Shown here: piece by piece, positions 1-9,218 of the stretch
Layout of the letters: each line of letters starts with the position of its first letter
Position numbering within the stretch: position 1 is the first letter of the stretch
NCBI GenBank assembly: GCA_902799325.1
Contig: CADCAD010000009.1
Span: 1-58,562 of the forward strand
DNA: 58,562 nucleotides
DNA from: an uncultured Ruminococcus sp.
Lineage (GTDB): Bacteria > Bacillota > Clostridia > Oscillospirales > Acutalibacteraceae
Direction of reading: 5' to 3'
Made by a program: the position numbers and the translations under genes
The notes under the pieces: model-generated
Databases searched by the model: none
Seen by the model: the letters and a program-made list of their open reading frames with translations, nothing else
What the model was told of the DNA's origin: nothing

Positions 1-737
1 AGCTCGCCGCAGGCAGCCTCGTCGCAGGCGATGATGGCGCCGTTGTGCATCTGCATCGCGGAGCAGGTCCACTTGTGGCTGACAGAGCCTTCCACGGTTT
101 CTGCCAGTGCTCTTGCCTTGTTGTGACCGTTGATCAGAATCAGCACTTCTTTGGAATCCGTAACAGTGCCAACGCCGACAGACAGCGCCTGCGCAGGGAC
201 CGCCTCGGGATCGTTGCCGAAGAAACGGGAGTTCACAATTCTGGTGTCGGTGGTGAGGTTTCTCACGCCGGTGCGGGAAGCAAGGCTGGTGAAGGGCTCG
301 TTGAACGCGATGTGGCCGTCAACGCCGATGCCGCCCATGAACAGGTCGATGCCGCCGTAGGAAGCGATTTTCTCCTCGTATCTTGCGCACTCACCCTCGG
401 GATCGTCGGTCATGCCGTTGAGGATGTTGATGTTCTCGGGCTTCATATCAACAAGGTGATCAAAGAAATTGTCGTGCATGAAGTACCAGTAGCTCTGGTC
501 ATGCTCGTGAGGAAGGCCGAGGTATTCGTCCATGTTGAAGGTGACAACATTGGCAAAGGACAGCTCGCCTGCCTGATTCATGGTGTACAGCTCCTTGTAA
601 ACGCCGATGGGCGAGGAGCCGGTGGGCAGACCGAGCACGAAGGGACGGTCCTCCTTGTGGTTCTTAATCTTCTGAGCGATATAGTTTGCCGCCCACTTGC
701 ACATTTTTTCGTAATTATCCTGAATGACTACTCTCAT
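1..737 (-). CDS. nagB: Glucosamine-6-phosphate deaminase (3' end runs off the window)
   Basis: Manual translation from ATG 737 (RBS AAGGAG): MRVVIQDNY...VLGLPTGSSP...TFNMDEY...GGIGVDGHIAFNEP; absent from the ORF track because it has no stop in the window. Confidence 0.95.
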   Translation of the reverse strand, partial: MRVVIQDNYEKMCKWAANYIAQKIKNHKEDRPFVLGLPTGSSPIGVYKELYTMNQAGELSFANVVTFNMDEYLGLPHEHDQSYWYFMHDNFFDHLVDMKPENINILNGMTDDPEGECARYEEKIASYGGIDLFMGGIGVDGHIAFNEPFTSLASRTGVRNLTTDTRIVNSRFFGNDPEAVPAQALSVGVGTVTDSKEVLILINGHNKARALAETVEGSVSHKWTCSAMQMHNGAIIACDEAACGE

Positions 738-786
738 AGTTACTATCTCCTTAGGCTAAGCCTGACAAATTTTTAAAGCAAAGTAT

Positions 787-940
787 ACAGCGTTGAGAGA
801 ACCTCTGTTACAGTGTTGATTCTGCTTTTTGCTTTCTCTCTTACGACTCGCTGCGGAGCAATTTGCCCCCGCCGTGACGGCATCCGCCGAATCTTTCGAT
901 AACCGTCAACCCTCGTCAACCATTCCGGTCCCGGCGCTAA
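787..940 (-). ncRNA. glmS ribozyme (GlcN6P-activated self-cleaving riboswitch)
   Basis: Minus strand A^GCGCC-GG-GACC..GGTT-GACGAGG-GTTGACGGT-TATCGAAAGATTCGGCGGA-TGCCGTCA; CGGC/GTCG, GAGAGAA/TTCTCTC and pseudoknot GCAGCG/CGCTGT all pair. Confidence 0.93.
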
Positions 941-1046
941 TAGACTCCGTTGTCCTCCCTTCGATGAGCGCTATTTTATGTATATCTGTCAACGCGCACG
1001 AAAAATGCGCATTTTCAGTGAAAAAACAACTCACACAAGCAAAAAA

Positions 1047-1075
1047 ATTTTATCATAATTCCCGCTAAAAGTCAA
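1047..1075 (-). promoter_or_regulatory. SigA-type promoter for the ribozyme-nagB transcript
   Basis: TTGACT-17nt-TAAAAT with extended TG. Confidence 0.65.
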
Positions 1076-1131
1076 GATAATTCCAGACAGCAGCACCCAA
1101 TTATCAGCGCCTTACACCGTAAAAAACTAAG

Positions 1132-1166
1132 CAAAATAACAAGGGACGCACCGCTGTGCGCCCCTG
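1132..1166 (-). terminator. Likely terminator after the capD-like gene
   Basis: GGGGCGCAC-agcg-GTGCGTCCC hairpin then TTGTTATTTT on the minus strand. Confidence 0.5.
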
Positions 1167-1175
1167 ACGGTCTGT

Positions 1176-3071
1176 TTAACCCACCTGGTGGTGGAAGGTC
1201 GGCACCAAATCGCTGAGGATTGCGACCGTTTTTTCGCTGTCGTTTGCCTGTGCGCTTTCGTGCAGACGGTTGAGCTTGTACAACATTTCGGTGGGGTCAA
1301 TCTGAATTTGGTTGCCGATAAAGATTTTTTTGTTGGCGGTGGACTTCAGCCCCTCCTCGTCCATCAAAAGCTCCTCAAAGAGCTTTTCGCCCGGACGCAG
1401 ACCGGTAAAGACAATCGGCACCTCCTCATAGGGCACCTTGCCGTACATGCGGATAAGGTTTTCCGCGAGCGTCGTAATTTTGACGGGCGCGCCCATGTCG
1501 AGCACAAAGATTTCGCCGCCCTTTGCCATGGCGCCTGCCTCCAGCACCAGCGACACCGCCTCGGGAATAGTCATGAAGTAGCGGATGATGTCGGGGTGCG
1601 TGACCGTTACGGGAGAGCCGCTTTCGATCTGGCGGCGGAACAGCGGAATGACCGAGCCGTTCGAGCCGAGTACGTTGCCGAAACGGGTGGTGACATATTC
1701 GGTGTGCAAGGACGTCTGCGCCTTGTACTGGATAATCATCTCACAGGCACGCTTGGTGGCGCCCATGACGTTGGTGGGGTTGACCGCCTTGTCGGTGGAA
1801 ATCATCACAAACTTGTCCGCCTTATAGAACTCGGCGAGCGTGGCAACATTAAAGGTGCCGAACACGTTGTTCTTCACCGCTTCCTCGGGCACGGTCTCCA
1901 TCAGCGGCACATGCTTGTGCGCCGCGGCGTGAAAGACAATCTGCGGACGGTACTGCTTGAAGATGGATTCCATTTTGTCATAGTCGCGCACCGACGCAAT
2001 CAGCGTCACCAAATCCAGCTTGTCGCCATACTCCAGCCGCAGCTCCTGCTGGATATCGTAAGCGTTGTTTTCGTAGATATCGACAATGATAACCTGCTTG
2101 GGGCTGTACTTGGCAATCTGGCGCACCAGCTCGCTGCCGATGGAGCCGCCGCCGCCCGTTACCATGCAGACCTTGTCGCAGATAAACTGCGCAATTTTGT
2201 TGCGGTTGAATTCAATCGGCTTTCTGCCGAGCAAATCCTCAATTTTGATCTCCTTTGCCTGTGCAATCAGCTGCGGCGCGTTGTCGGTCAACAGCAGCTC
2301 GCTGAGGTAGGGAATCACCTTGATGCTGCATTTGGTGTTGGAGCAATAGTCGAGAATACGGCGCTTTTCCTCCTCCTCGCAGGACGGAACCGCCACGATG
2401 ATGTTGTCAATTTGATAGGTCTTGCACAGTGCGGGAATCTCCGCGCAAACCCCCAAGACCTCCACGCCGAGAAAACGCGAGTGGAGCTTGCCGGGATCGT
2501 CGTCCACCATGCACACGGGAAAAAGGTTGGAGGAGGGATTCTTCGGATCCTTTTCGGCGTTGCGGATTTCCGTCAGAATCATCCGTCCCGCCTGTCCGGC
2601 GCCGACAATCATCGTGCGCTGTAAATTCTCCTGCTTTCCCTCCCGGGTGAGGCTGAGGAACGTCTTTTTAAAGACAAAACGGAACAGTAAAACACCAAAG
2701 GTGGCGGTTATATAAAACAATCCGAAAAAGATTTTCCGGGGCGGCTCTGTCGGCAGCAGCCACAGCAGGCCGTAGCTCATGCCGCATCCGATGGTCATGG
2801 CGAGTCCGCACATGATATAATCGCGGATATTAAAGTAACGCCACATCCGCGTATAGGAGCCAAACAGCAGCATCATCAGCTCGCAGCTTAACAGGCTGAG
2901 AAGAATATAGAAAAACAGGTTGCCGTTTGCCTCGTAATATAAGCCGCCGCTCTTTGACAGGGGAATCACCTTTGTCAGCGACAAAACATAATTCAGCGTG
3001 ATGCCGCTGACGGTGATGATGAAAATATCCGCAAGCATTAAAACCAGCTTGCGATAATTAAACTTCTTCAT
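1176..3071 (-). CDS. Membrane-bound NDP-sugar 4,6-dehydratase, CapD/PglF family
   Basis: Four N-terminal TM helices, IVGAGQAG, IEDLLGR, VTGGGGSIGSEL, HAAAHKHVP, STDKAVNP, RFGNVLGS; start placed 10 nt after AGGAG. Confidence 0.92.
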   Translation of the reverse strand: MKKFNYRKLVLMLADIFIITVSGITLNYVLSLTKVIPLSKSGGLYYEANGNLFFYILLSLLSCELMMLLFGSYTRMWRYFNIRDYIMCGLAMTIGCGMSYGLLWLLPTEPPRKIFFGLFYITATFGVLLFRFVFKKTFLSLTREGKQENLQRTMIVGAGQAGRMILTEIRNAEKDPKNPSSNLFPVCMVDDDPGKLHSRFLGVEVLGVCAEIPALCKTYQIDNIIVAVPSCEEEEKRRILDYCSNTKCSIKVIPYLSELLLTDNAPQLIAQAKEIKIEDLLGRKPIEFNRNKIAQFICDKVCMVTGGGGSIGSELVRQIAKYSPKQVIIVDIYENNAYDIQQELRLEYGDKLDLVTLIASVRDYDKMESIFKQYRPQIVFHAAAHKHVPLMETVPEEAVKNNVFGTFNVATLAEFYKADKFVMISTDKAVNPTNVMGATKRACEMIIQYKAQTSLHTEYVTTRFGNVLGSNGSVIPLFRRQIESGSPVTVTHPDIIRYFMTIPEAVSLVLEAGAMAKGGEIFVLDMGAPVKITTLAENLIRMYGKVPYEEVPIVFTGLRPGEKLFEELLMDEEGLKSTANKKIFIGNQIQIDPTEMLYKLNRLHESAQANDSEKTVAILSDLVPTFHHQVG

Positions 3072-3147
3072 GGTGCTCATACTCCTCATATCCCTAATAA
3101 GCGCAGCCATTCTCCTTGCGCCTGTACGCACTAACCCATTGTTTTTT

Positions 3148-3176
3148 ATTATATCCCAATTGCGCGCAAAAGTCAA
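3148..3176 (-). promoter_or_regulatory. SigA-type promoter of the capD-like gene
   Basis: TTGACT-17nt-TATAAT. Confidence 0.7.
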
Positions 3177-3180
3177 ATAA

Positions 3181-3277
3181 TACTATTCTCTGATAGAAAG
3201 TAGACAACTTTCTATCAGAGAGAAAACGCTTGGCGCGTTTTCCAATTGCGCAAAAGCGCAATTGCCGTCTTATAGTA
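3181..3277. repeat. Palindromic MITE-like element (TACTATTCTC family)
   Basis: TAA-TACTATTCTCTGATAGAAAG-tagacaa-CTTTCTATCAGAGAG plus two more hairpins; shares sequence with 34198 and 42085. Confidence 0.65.
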
Positions 3278-3327
3278 TCATATACAACAGAGGACAGGCG
3301 CGCTGCCTGTCCTCACAATCATTCGGT

Positions 3328-4149
3328 TTATTTTTCGGAGAGAGTTTCCAAAAAGTCCGCGGCCTCGTCCATATAGCTGCCCTCGAACATTTCGACCTTG
3401 CCGGCGTCTACCTTGGCGGCGAGCTCGGAGTCAATCGGAAGCTTTGCCAGCACGCGGGTGTTGTACCGCGCGGCAATTTCCTCCACATGGCTGTCGCCGA
3501 ACACACTGTGGCGCTTGCCGCAATCGGGACAGACGAAGTAGCTCATGTTCTCCACAATGCCCAGCACCGGCACCTTCATCATTTCCGCCATCTTCACTGC
3601 CTTTTCCACAATCATGCCCACCAGCTCCTGCGGAGACGCGACGACGATAATGCCGTCGAGCGGAATACTCTGAAACACGGTCAGCGGAATGTCGCCGGTT
3701 CCGGGCGGCATGTCCACAAACATATAGTCAATATCCTTCCACAATACGTCCGACCAAAACTGCTTGACCGTGCCCGTAATCATCGGCGCGCGCCAGATGA
3801 CGGGATCGGTATCATTTTTGAGCAGCAGATTGACCGACATCATCTCAATGCCGGTTTCGGTGGTCACCGGCAAAATGCCCAGCTCGTTGCCCACCGCTTT
3901 TTGGGTGATACCGAACGCCTTCGGGATGGACGGACCGGTGATGTCCGCGTCCAGAATGGCAACGCGCTTGCCGCGGCGGTTCTCGGTCACCGCCAGCATG
4001 GAGGTGACAAGACTTTTGCCGACGCCGCCCTTGCCGGACACCACGCCGATAACGTGGCGGACAGTGCTGAATTCATTTAATTTCTCGTGTAAATCGTTCT
4101 CGGCGCCGCAGTTGCTGCTGCACGAGGAACAATCGTGATTGCATCCCAT
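3328..4149 (-). CDS. Mrp/NBP35 (ApbC) Fe-S cluster carrier ATPase
   Basis: N-terminal Cys cluster, SGKGGVGKS, DADITGPS, DMPPGTGD, ENMSYFVCPDC. Confidence 0.93.
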   Translation of the reverse strand: MGCNHDCSSCSSNCGAENDLHEKLNEFSTVRHVIGVVSGKGGVGKSLVTSMLAVTENRRGKRVAILDADITGPSIPKAFGITQKAVGNELGILPVTTETGIEMMSVNLLLKNDTDPVIWRAPMITGTVKQFWSDVLWKDIDYMFVDMPPGTGDIPLTVFQSIPLDGIIVVASPQELVGMIVEKAVKMAEMMKVPVLGIVENMSYFVCPDCGKRHSVFGDSHVEEIAARYNTRVLAKLPIDSELAAKVDAGKVEMFEGSYMDEAADFLETLSEK

Positions 4150-4196
4150 TTTGCAATACCTCTTTTCGTTATTTGCTATTCAGTATAGCACGAAAA

Positions 4197-4601
4197 TCAC
4201 AGGATGGCAAGTGCAAAAATGTCGTCCAGCGCAACGGCGGTTTTGTCGATAAAAATCAGCCGCCGCGCGATGCAATCCACGCTGCGCACCTCTCCCTCCT
4301 TCACCGACAACACACCGCCTTCCTTCGCCGCGTCGGGGATAAAACAGGTCAGCCGCACGCGCTGCGGCAGCGCACCCTCCTCTGTCAGCCGGCGCAGCGC
4401 TTCGTTCATCACCGCCGCTTCCCCGTCACTGAGAATCGGACGGCGCCCGGTCAGCCGTGCTTCCTCGGCAATTTGCTCGTCAAAGCCGGTCAGCGCCGCA
4501 AACGGCGCAAACTGCGCCGCACGTTCATAGACCGGCATGCGCCGCCTGCCGGGTGAAGGCTGACGGGGCACATGCAGTATGTCGTTGTATTCATCGTTCA
4601 T
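4197..4601 (-). CDS. YolD-like protein (UmuC partner)
   Basis: RAAQFAPFAALTGF motif; directly downstream of a Y-family polymerase. Confidence 0.8.
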   Translation of the reverse strand: MNDEYNDILHVPRQPSPGRRRMPVYERAAQFAPFAALTGFDEQIAEEARLTGRRPILSDGEAAVMNEALRRLTEEGALPQRVRLTCFIPDAAKEGGVLSVKEGEVRSVDCIARRLIFIDKTAVALDDIFALAIL

Positions 4602-4630
4602 GCAATACCACTTCCCGAAAAATTAGCCGT

Positions 4631-6106
4631 CTACGCGCGGTGACCGCCGATTTGCCCGTTGCGCTCTATCGTGGTGGCGCCCTCCTTAAAGTTCATGCCC
4701 TTGAGGACGGCGTTTTTGCCGAAACGCGCGCGCAGGGTGAGAATCGTCTGCTGAATTTTCCGCTCGCGCTGTTCCCGGCGCGGTCTGCCATCATCCGCAC
4801 CGGGCGCAAACAGGCTGAGCTGCACGCTTTTTTGAGAAACGTCCAGCCGCTTTTCCGCCACGGTATGATTTGCCACCACATACATCCGCCGCACCAGCAG
4901 CGCCGGCTCCACAATCCTGTCAAACAGCCGCAGCGCCGCCTCGCTGAACGCCGCGGTGGAGGACGTGACGCGCCCGAGGTTTTCGCTGCCGTGCGCACTT
5001 GCCGGCAGCTGCCGCCCGTAGTAATCGGTCTTGACCGCGCCGCTGTACCGCGCGCGGCGCGTGCTGTCGGCAAGATTTTGAATATCGTATCCGACGGTCA
5101 GCACCACCTGGTCGGTGACAAGCCCCTTTCGCACCAAATCCAGTGACAGCAGCTCTGCCATCTCCTGCAAAATCAGCCGCGCCTTGCCGAAGTCATACGG
5201 CTCCTTGAGCACCTGCCCCACGCTCAGCGATTGGCTGCGCGGCGTATATGCCTTAATGGCGCGCATGGTGCAGCTCTCCTGTCCCCACGCATGGTCAATC
5301 AGCAGCTCGGCGTTGACGCCGAACAGCTTGTAGAGCAGCGCCTCGTTTTGAAGCGACATCCGCGCCACGTCGCCCATGGTGTACATGCCGTAGCGTGCCA
5401 GGCTGCGCGCGTAGCCGCCGCCGATACGCCAAAAATCGGTAATCGGGCGGTGCGCCCACAAAAGCTCGCGGTAGCGCTGCTCGTCCAGCTCCGCCACGCG
5501 CACGCCGTCGGCGTCGGGCGGCATCTTTTTTGCCACAATGTCCATGGCGACCTTGCAAAGATACAAATTGGTGCCGATGCCTGCCGTCGCGGTAATACCC
5601 GTTTCGCGCAGCACGTCACGAATCATGGTCACGGCGAGCGTATGCGCGGACATGCGGTAGGTTTTCAAATACTGCGCCGCGTCGATAAACACCTCGTCCA
5701 CCGAGTAGACATGAATGTCCTCGGGCGCGATATAGCGCAGATAGATGCCGTAGATCTGCTGACTGACGCGCATGTATTCCGCCATACGCGGCGTTGCGGC
5801 GATATAGTCGAGCTTGAGCTCCGGGCGCTTTTGCAGCTCGCTGAGAAAGTAGGATTTGCCGCAAAACTTGCCGCGAATACGGCTGCGGCGCAGGCTGTTG
5901 ATTTCGCCGACGCGCTGCACCACCTCAAACAGCCGCGCACGTCCGGGAATACCGAAGCGCTTCAGCGACGGCGACACCGCCAGACAAATGGTTTTTTCGG
6001 TGCGCGAGGTGTCGGCAACCACCAAGTTGGCGTCCAGCGGATCGAGTCCGCGCGCCACGCACTCCACCGAGGCGTAAAAGGATTTTAAATCAATGGCTAT
6101 ATACAT
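4631..6106 (-). CDS. Y-family translesion DNA polymerase (UmuC/ImpB/MucB/SamB family)
   Basis: YIAIDLKSFYASVE, YSVDEVFID, TAGIGTNLYLCKVAMD, C-terminal RFGKNA..QIGGH. Confidence 0.93.
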   Translation of the reverse strand: MYIAIDLKSFYASVECVARGLDPLDANLVVADTSRTEKTICLAVSPSLKRFGIPGRARLFEVVQRVGEINSLRRSRIRGKFCGKSYFLSELQKRPELKLDYIAATPRMAEYMRVSQQIYGIYLRYIAPEDIHVYSVDEVFIDAAQYLKTYRMSAHTLAVTMIRDVLRETGITATAGIGTNLYLCKVAMDIVAKKMPPDADGVRVAELDEQRYRELLWAHRPITDFWRIGGGYARSLARYGMYTMGDVARMSLQNEALLYKLFGVNAELLIDHAWGQESCTMRAIKAYTPRSQSLSVGQVLKEPYDFGKARLILQEMAELLSLDLVRKGLVTDQVVLTVGYDIQNLADSTRRARYSGAVKTDYYGRQLPASAHGSENLGRVTSSTAAFSEAALRLFDRIVEPALLVRRMYVVANHTVAEKRLDVSQKSVQLSLFAPGADDGRPRREQRERKIQQTILTLRARFGKNAVLKGMNFKEGATTIERNGQIGGHRA

Positions 6107-6132
6107 TTTGACATTTCTCTCGACAATAAAGC

Positions 6133-6185
6133 GTATATTTGTTCGATTGCAAGTATATAATAGCACGTATGTTCTAATAAGTCAA
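6133..6185 (-). promoter_or_regulatory. Promoter with Firmicutes-type LexA boxes
   Basis: TTGACT-17-TATTAT; GAACatacGTGC in the spacer (6163-6174) and weaker GAACaaatATAC (6133-6144), versus consensus GAAC-N4-GTTC. Confidence 0.7.
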
Positions 6186-6384
6186 GCGATTGTTCGAAAA
6201 TATTTTCGATAATTTGTGGAAATAAACGTTCTTCCCTCACAATTGCAAAAAGCCTAGCGCTTGACAGCGTTCATATAACATATACAGCATTTGTCAGCCG
6301 AAGGAATAAATCTATTTGCCGCAGACAAAATGATTGTTTTTTCACAACAGATATGATAAAATAGCGTTAACGGAGGTGCCGCAT

Positions 6385-6657
6385 ATGATGTATCCATATT
6401 TAACGCTTGATGATGAAACCGAAATTGTACACTCTGAAATGCTTCCCGACAGCACGGTAAAGGTTTACATTGAAAAGCCCGACGAGACGGACGGGTTTCA
6501 CTATGCAAGCTGCTACCTGCCGCAATATTGCTGGAAGGATATATTCGGATTCAGCGAAGAAGAAATCAAGGCGTATCAAACGATTCTTGAAAATAATGCG
6601 CATCTGATTATCGAGCTGTCGCAGCACGGAGGTTTTGATAATGCCTCAGGTTTTTAA
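6385..6657 (+). CDS. Small acidic hypothetical protein, putative antitoxin-like partner of DUF4160
   Basis: GGAGG RBS, 90 aa, overlaps the next ORF by 17 nt, lower GC than flanks. Confidence 0.7.
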   Translation: MMYPYLTLDDETEIVHSEMLPDSTVKVYIEKPDETDGFHYASCYLPQYCWKDIFGFSEEEIKAYQTILENNAHLIIELSQHGGFDNASGF

Positions 6658-6919
6658 AATCGGTTCATACTGGGTTTATTTTTGGGCCAATGAAAGCAAA
6701 CCGCTTGAACCGGTTCATGTTCACATCGCAAAAGGAAAGCCGTCAGCAAACGCAACCAAGTTCTGGATAACAAAATCCGGTAAATGTCTGTTGGCGGGTA
6801 ACAACTCAAATTACGACAATAAAACGCTGCATTACTTAGCAAAAGCTATCGAAGCCAACACAGATATTATTATCGAAAAATGGGTTGCGTTTTTTGGAGA
6901 AATAACCTATTTTTGCTGA
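6641..6919 (+). CDS. DUF4160 family protein
   Basis: MPQVFKIGSYWVYFWANE..EPVHVHI..ATKFWI pattern; GGAGG RBS. Confidence 0.8.
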   Translation: MPQVFKIGSYWVYFWANESKPLEPVHVHIAKGKPSANATKFWITKSGKCLLAGNNSNYDNKTLHYLAKAIEANTDIIIEKWVAFFGEITYFC

Positions 6920-6950
6920 TGATAAACACAACGGATAAGGAGCCAAAGCC

Positions 6951-8396
6951 ATGAAACAGGAAAATTTTGCCATGCTGTGTGACTTTTACGAGTTCACGAT
7001 GGCAAACGGATATTTTAAAAACGGATTCTATCAAAAGAACGTCTATTTCGACGTGTTTTTCCGCAAGGTGCCCGACGACGGCGGCTTTGCCATCGCCGCC
7101 GGCCTGGAACAGGTGATTGACTACATCAACGACCTGCACTTTGAGCAGGAGGATATCGACTATCTGCGCGGCAAGGGCATTTTTGACGAAGCCTTTTTGC
7201 GCTACCTCGCGGACTTCAAATTCAGCGGCGACGTCTACGCCGTGCCCGAGGGCACCCCGGTGTTCCCCAACGAGCCGATTATGACGATTAAGGCGCCGGC
7301 GATTGAGGCACAGCTGGTGGAAACCTTTGTGCTGCTCAGCCTTAACCACCAAAGCCTGATTGCCACCAAGGCCAACCGCATTGTGCGCTCGGCGCAGGGC
7401 AGAGCGGTGCTGGAGTTCGGCTCGCGCCGCGCGCAGGGCGCAAGCGGCGCGGTGCTGGGCGCAAGGGCGGCGTATATCGGCGGCTGCGCAGGCACCGCCT
7501 GCACGCTGACCGACGAACAATTCGGCGTGCCTGCCGGCGGCACCATGGCACATTCGTGGGTGCAGATGTTCGACAACGAATATGAGGCGTTCAAGGCGTA
7601 CTGCGAGCTGTACCCCGACAACCCCACCCTGCTGGTGGACACCTACAACACCCTCAAAAGCGGCGTGCCCAATGCGATTAAGGTGTTCAAGGAGGTGCTG
7701 CTGCCGCAGGGCAAAACCAAATGCGCCATCCGTCTGGACTCGGGCGACATTTCCTATCTCTCCAAAAAGGCGCGCAAAATGCTGGACGACGCCGGGTTGA
7801 GCGAATGTACCATCACCGCCTCCAACGCGCTGGACGAAAAGCTGATTCGTGATTTGATGATGCAGGGCGCCAAGGTGGATACCTTCGGCGTCGGCGAGCG
7901 GCTGATTACCTCCTCCTCCGCGCCGGTGTTCGGCGGCGTGTATAAGCTGGTCGCCGTGGAGGACGAAAGCGGCGAGATTGTTCCGAAAATCAAGGTCAGC
8001 GAAAACACCGCCAAAATCACCAATCCGCACTTTAAAAAGGTCTACCGCTACTACGACAACGAAAGCGGCAAGGCGCTTGCCGACGAGCTGTGCGTATATG
8101 ACGAAACCGTGGACGACAGCCGTCCGCACACCATTTTTGATCCCAACGCCACTTGGAAAACCAAAACCCTCACCGATTTTACCGCGCGCGAGCTGCTGGT
8201 GCCGGTGTTCAAGGACGGCAAATGTGTGTATGATTTGCCCTCCATCGAGGACATCGCCGCCTACTGCCGCGAGCAGGTGAGCCTGCTGTGGGACGAGGTG
8301 AAGCGCTTTGAAAATCCGCACACCTATTATGTTGATCTCTCGCGCAAGCTTTACGAAATCAAAAACATCCTCCTCAGCGTCGCCAACGCGAACTGA
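6951..8396 (+). CDS. pncB: Nicotinate phosphoribosyltransferase (Firmicutes type)
   Basis: DFYEFTM, EFGSRRAQG, GTMAHSWVQ, LVDTYNTL, IRLDSGD, GGVYKLVA. Confidence 0.95.
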   Translation: MKQENFAMLCDFYEFTMANGYFKNGFYQKNVYFDVFFRKVPDDGGFAIAAGLEQVIDYINDLHFEQEDIDYLRGKGIFDEAFLRYLADFKFSGDVYAVPEGTPVFPNEPIMTIKAPAIEAQLVETFVLLSLNHQSLIATKANRIVRSAQGRAVLEFGSRRAQGASGAVLGARAAYIGGCAGTACTLTDEQFGVPAGGTMAHSWVQMFDNEYEAFKAYCELYPDNPTLLVDTYNTLKSGVPNAIKVFKEVLLPQGKTKCAIRLDSGDISYLSKKARKMLDDAGLSECTITASNALDEKLIRDLMMQGAKVDTFGVGERLITSSSAPVFGGVYKLVAVEDESGEIVPKIKVSENTAKITNPHFKKVYRYYDNESGKALADELCVYDETVDDSRPHTIFDPNATWKTKTLTDFTARELLVPVFKDGKCVYDLPSIEDIAAYCREQVSLLWDEVKRFENPHTYYVDLSRKLYEIKNILLSVANAN

Positions 8397-8400
8397 CGGC

Positions 8401-8429
8401 AAAAGCGCCCTGCAACGCAGGGCGCTTTT
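8401..8429 (+). terminator. Rho-independent terminator
   Basis: AAAAGCGCCCTGC-aac-GCAGGGCGCTTTT. Confidence 0.85.
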
Positions 8430-8447
8430 ATGCTGCTTTATAAATTT

Positions 8448-8520
8448 TTTATGTTTTTCGTTAAATAACTATTGACAAACGCAATTTTTTTGTTATACTG
8501 TATTTAACGTTAATCGTTAA
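8448..8520 (+). promoter_or_regulatory. Promoter flanked by palindromic operators
   Basis: TTGACA-16-TATACT (8472-8499); TTAACG-N5-CGTTAA at 8504-8520 and TTTATG-N5-CGTTAA at 8448-8464. Confidence 0.65.
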
Positions 8521-8549
8521 TTATTTATCTTTACATGAGGAGGATACAC

Positions 8550-9215
8550 ATGGAAAACACCATTAAGAACAAAATCAACGTATTTGGCAAGGTCGGCAAA
8601 ATCATCACCACCATCATCATTGTGCTGCTGCTCGTGGCAGAAGGCTTTCTGCTGGTGGGCACTGTCGTGGTGGCGGTGCTTCCCAAGGACGCCGTGACAG
8701 TGGATGTGGAGGGCTCGGCAAACGTCCGGCTGGACACCAATTACTTCGGCGCTGTCAAGGACGTTCTCTCTATCGACGTCAACGGTCAAAAAATCGCCTT
8801 TGCCGATTACAAAGACGACAACATTCAAACCAAAACCGAGGATGGCTCCATCATCATGGACGCGCAAAGCGGTGTTCAGCACTATGACCTGCACGCGGCA
8901 CTGCGCATAGCAATCGTCGGCGTCATTCAGCTGGCGTCATTCGTCGTGGCGCTGTACTTCCTGAAGGCGCTGATGAAGGCGTTTAAAACCTGCGACTCCC
9001 CCTTTGACGACAACGTCATCACCAAAATGCGCTATTTCGCCATCGCGCTGATTCCCTGCATGGCAGTGTCTATGGTGGCAGGCTGCTTTGCCCCCGGCTC
9101 GCACGGACTGTCCTTTGACTTGATCAAGGTGGGCTTTGTGGTGATTATCTTCCTGCTGACGGCGGTGTTCCGCTACGGCGCGCAGCTGCAAAAGCAGTAT
9201 GACGAAACGGTGTAA
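8550..9215 (+). CDS. DUF2975 (YoaS-like) membrane protein
   Basis: Four TM segments, SPFD motif, C-terminal FRYGAQLQKQYDETV; precedes an XRE gene. Confidence 0.85.
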   Translation: MENTIKNKINVFGKVGKIITTIIIVLLLVAEGFLLVGTVVVAVLPKDAVTVDVEGSANVRLDTNYFGAVKDVLSIDVNGQKIAFADYKDDNIQTKTEDGSIIMDAQSGVQHYDLHAALRIAIVGVIQLASFVVALYFLKALMKAFKTCDSPFDDNVITKMRYFAIALIPCMAVSMVAGCFAPGSHGLSFDLIKVGFVVIIFLLTAVFRYGAQLQKQYDETV

Positions 9216-9218
9216 GCC

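Noticed and set aside
941-976. Glutamine (glnA) or other known aptamer in tandem with the ribozyme
   Set aside because: Only fragmentary resemblance (CGCTCA..CGGAGT); required conserved elements are missing
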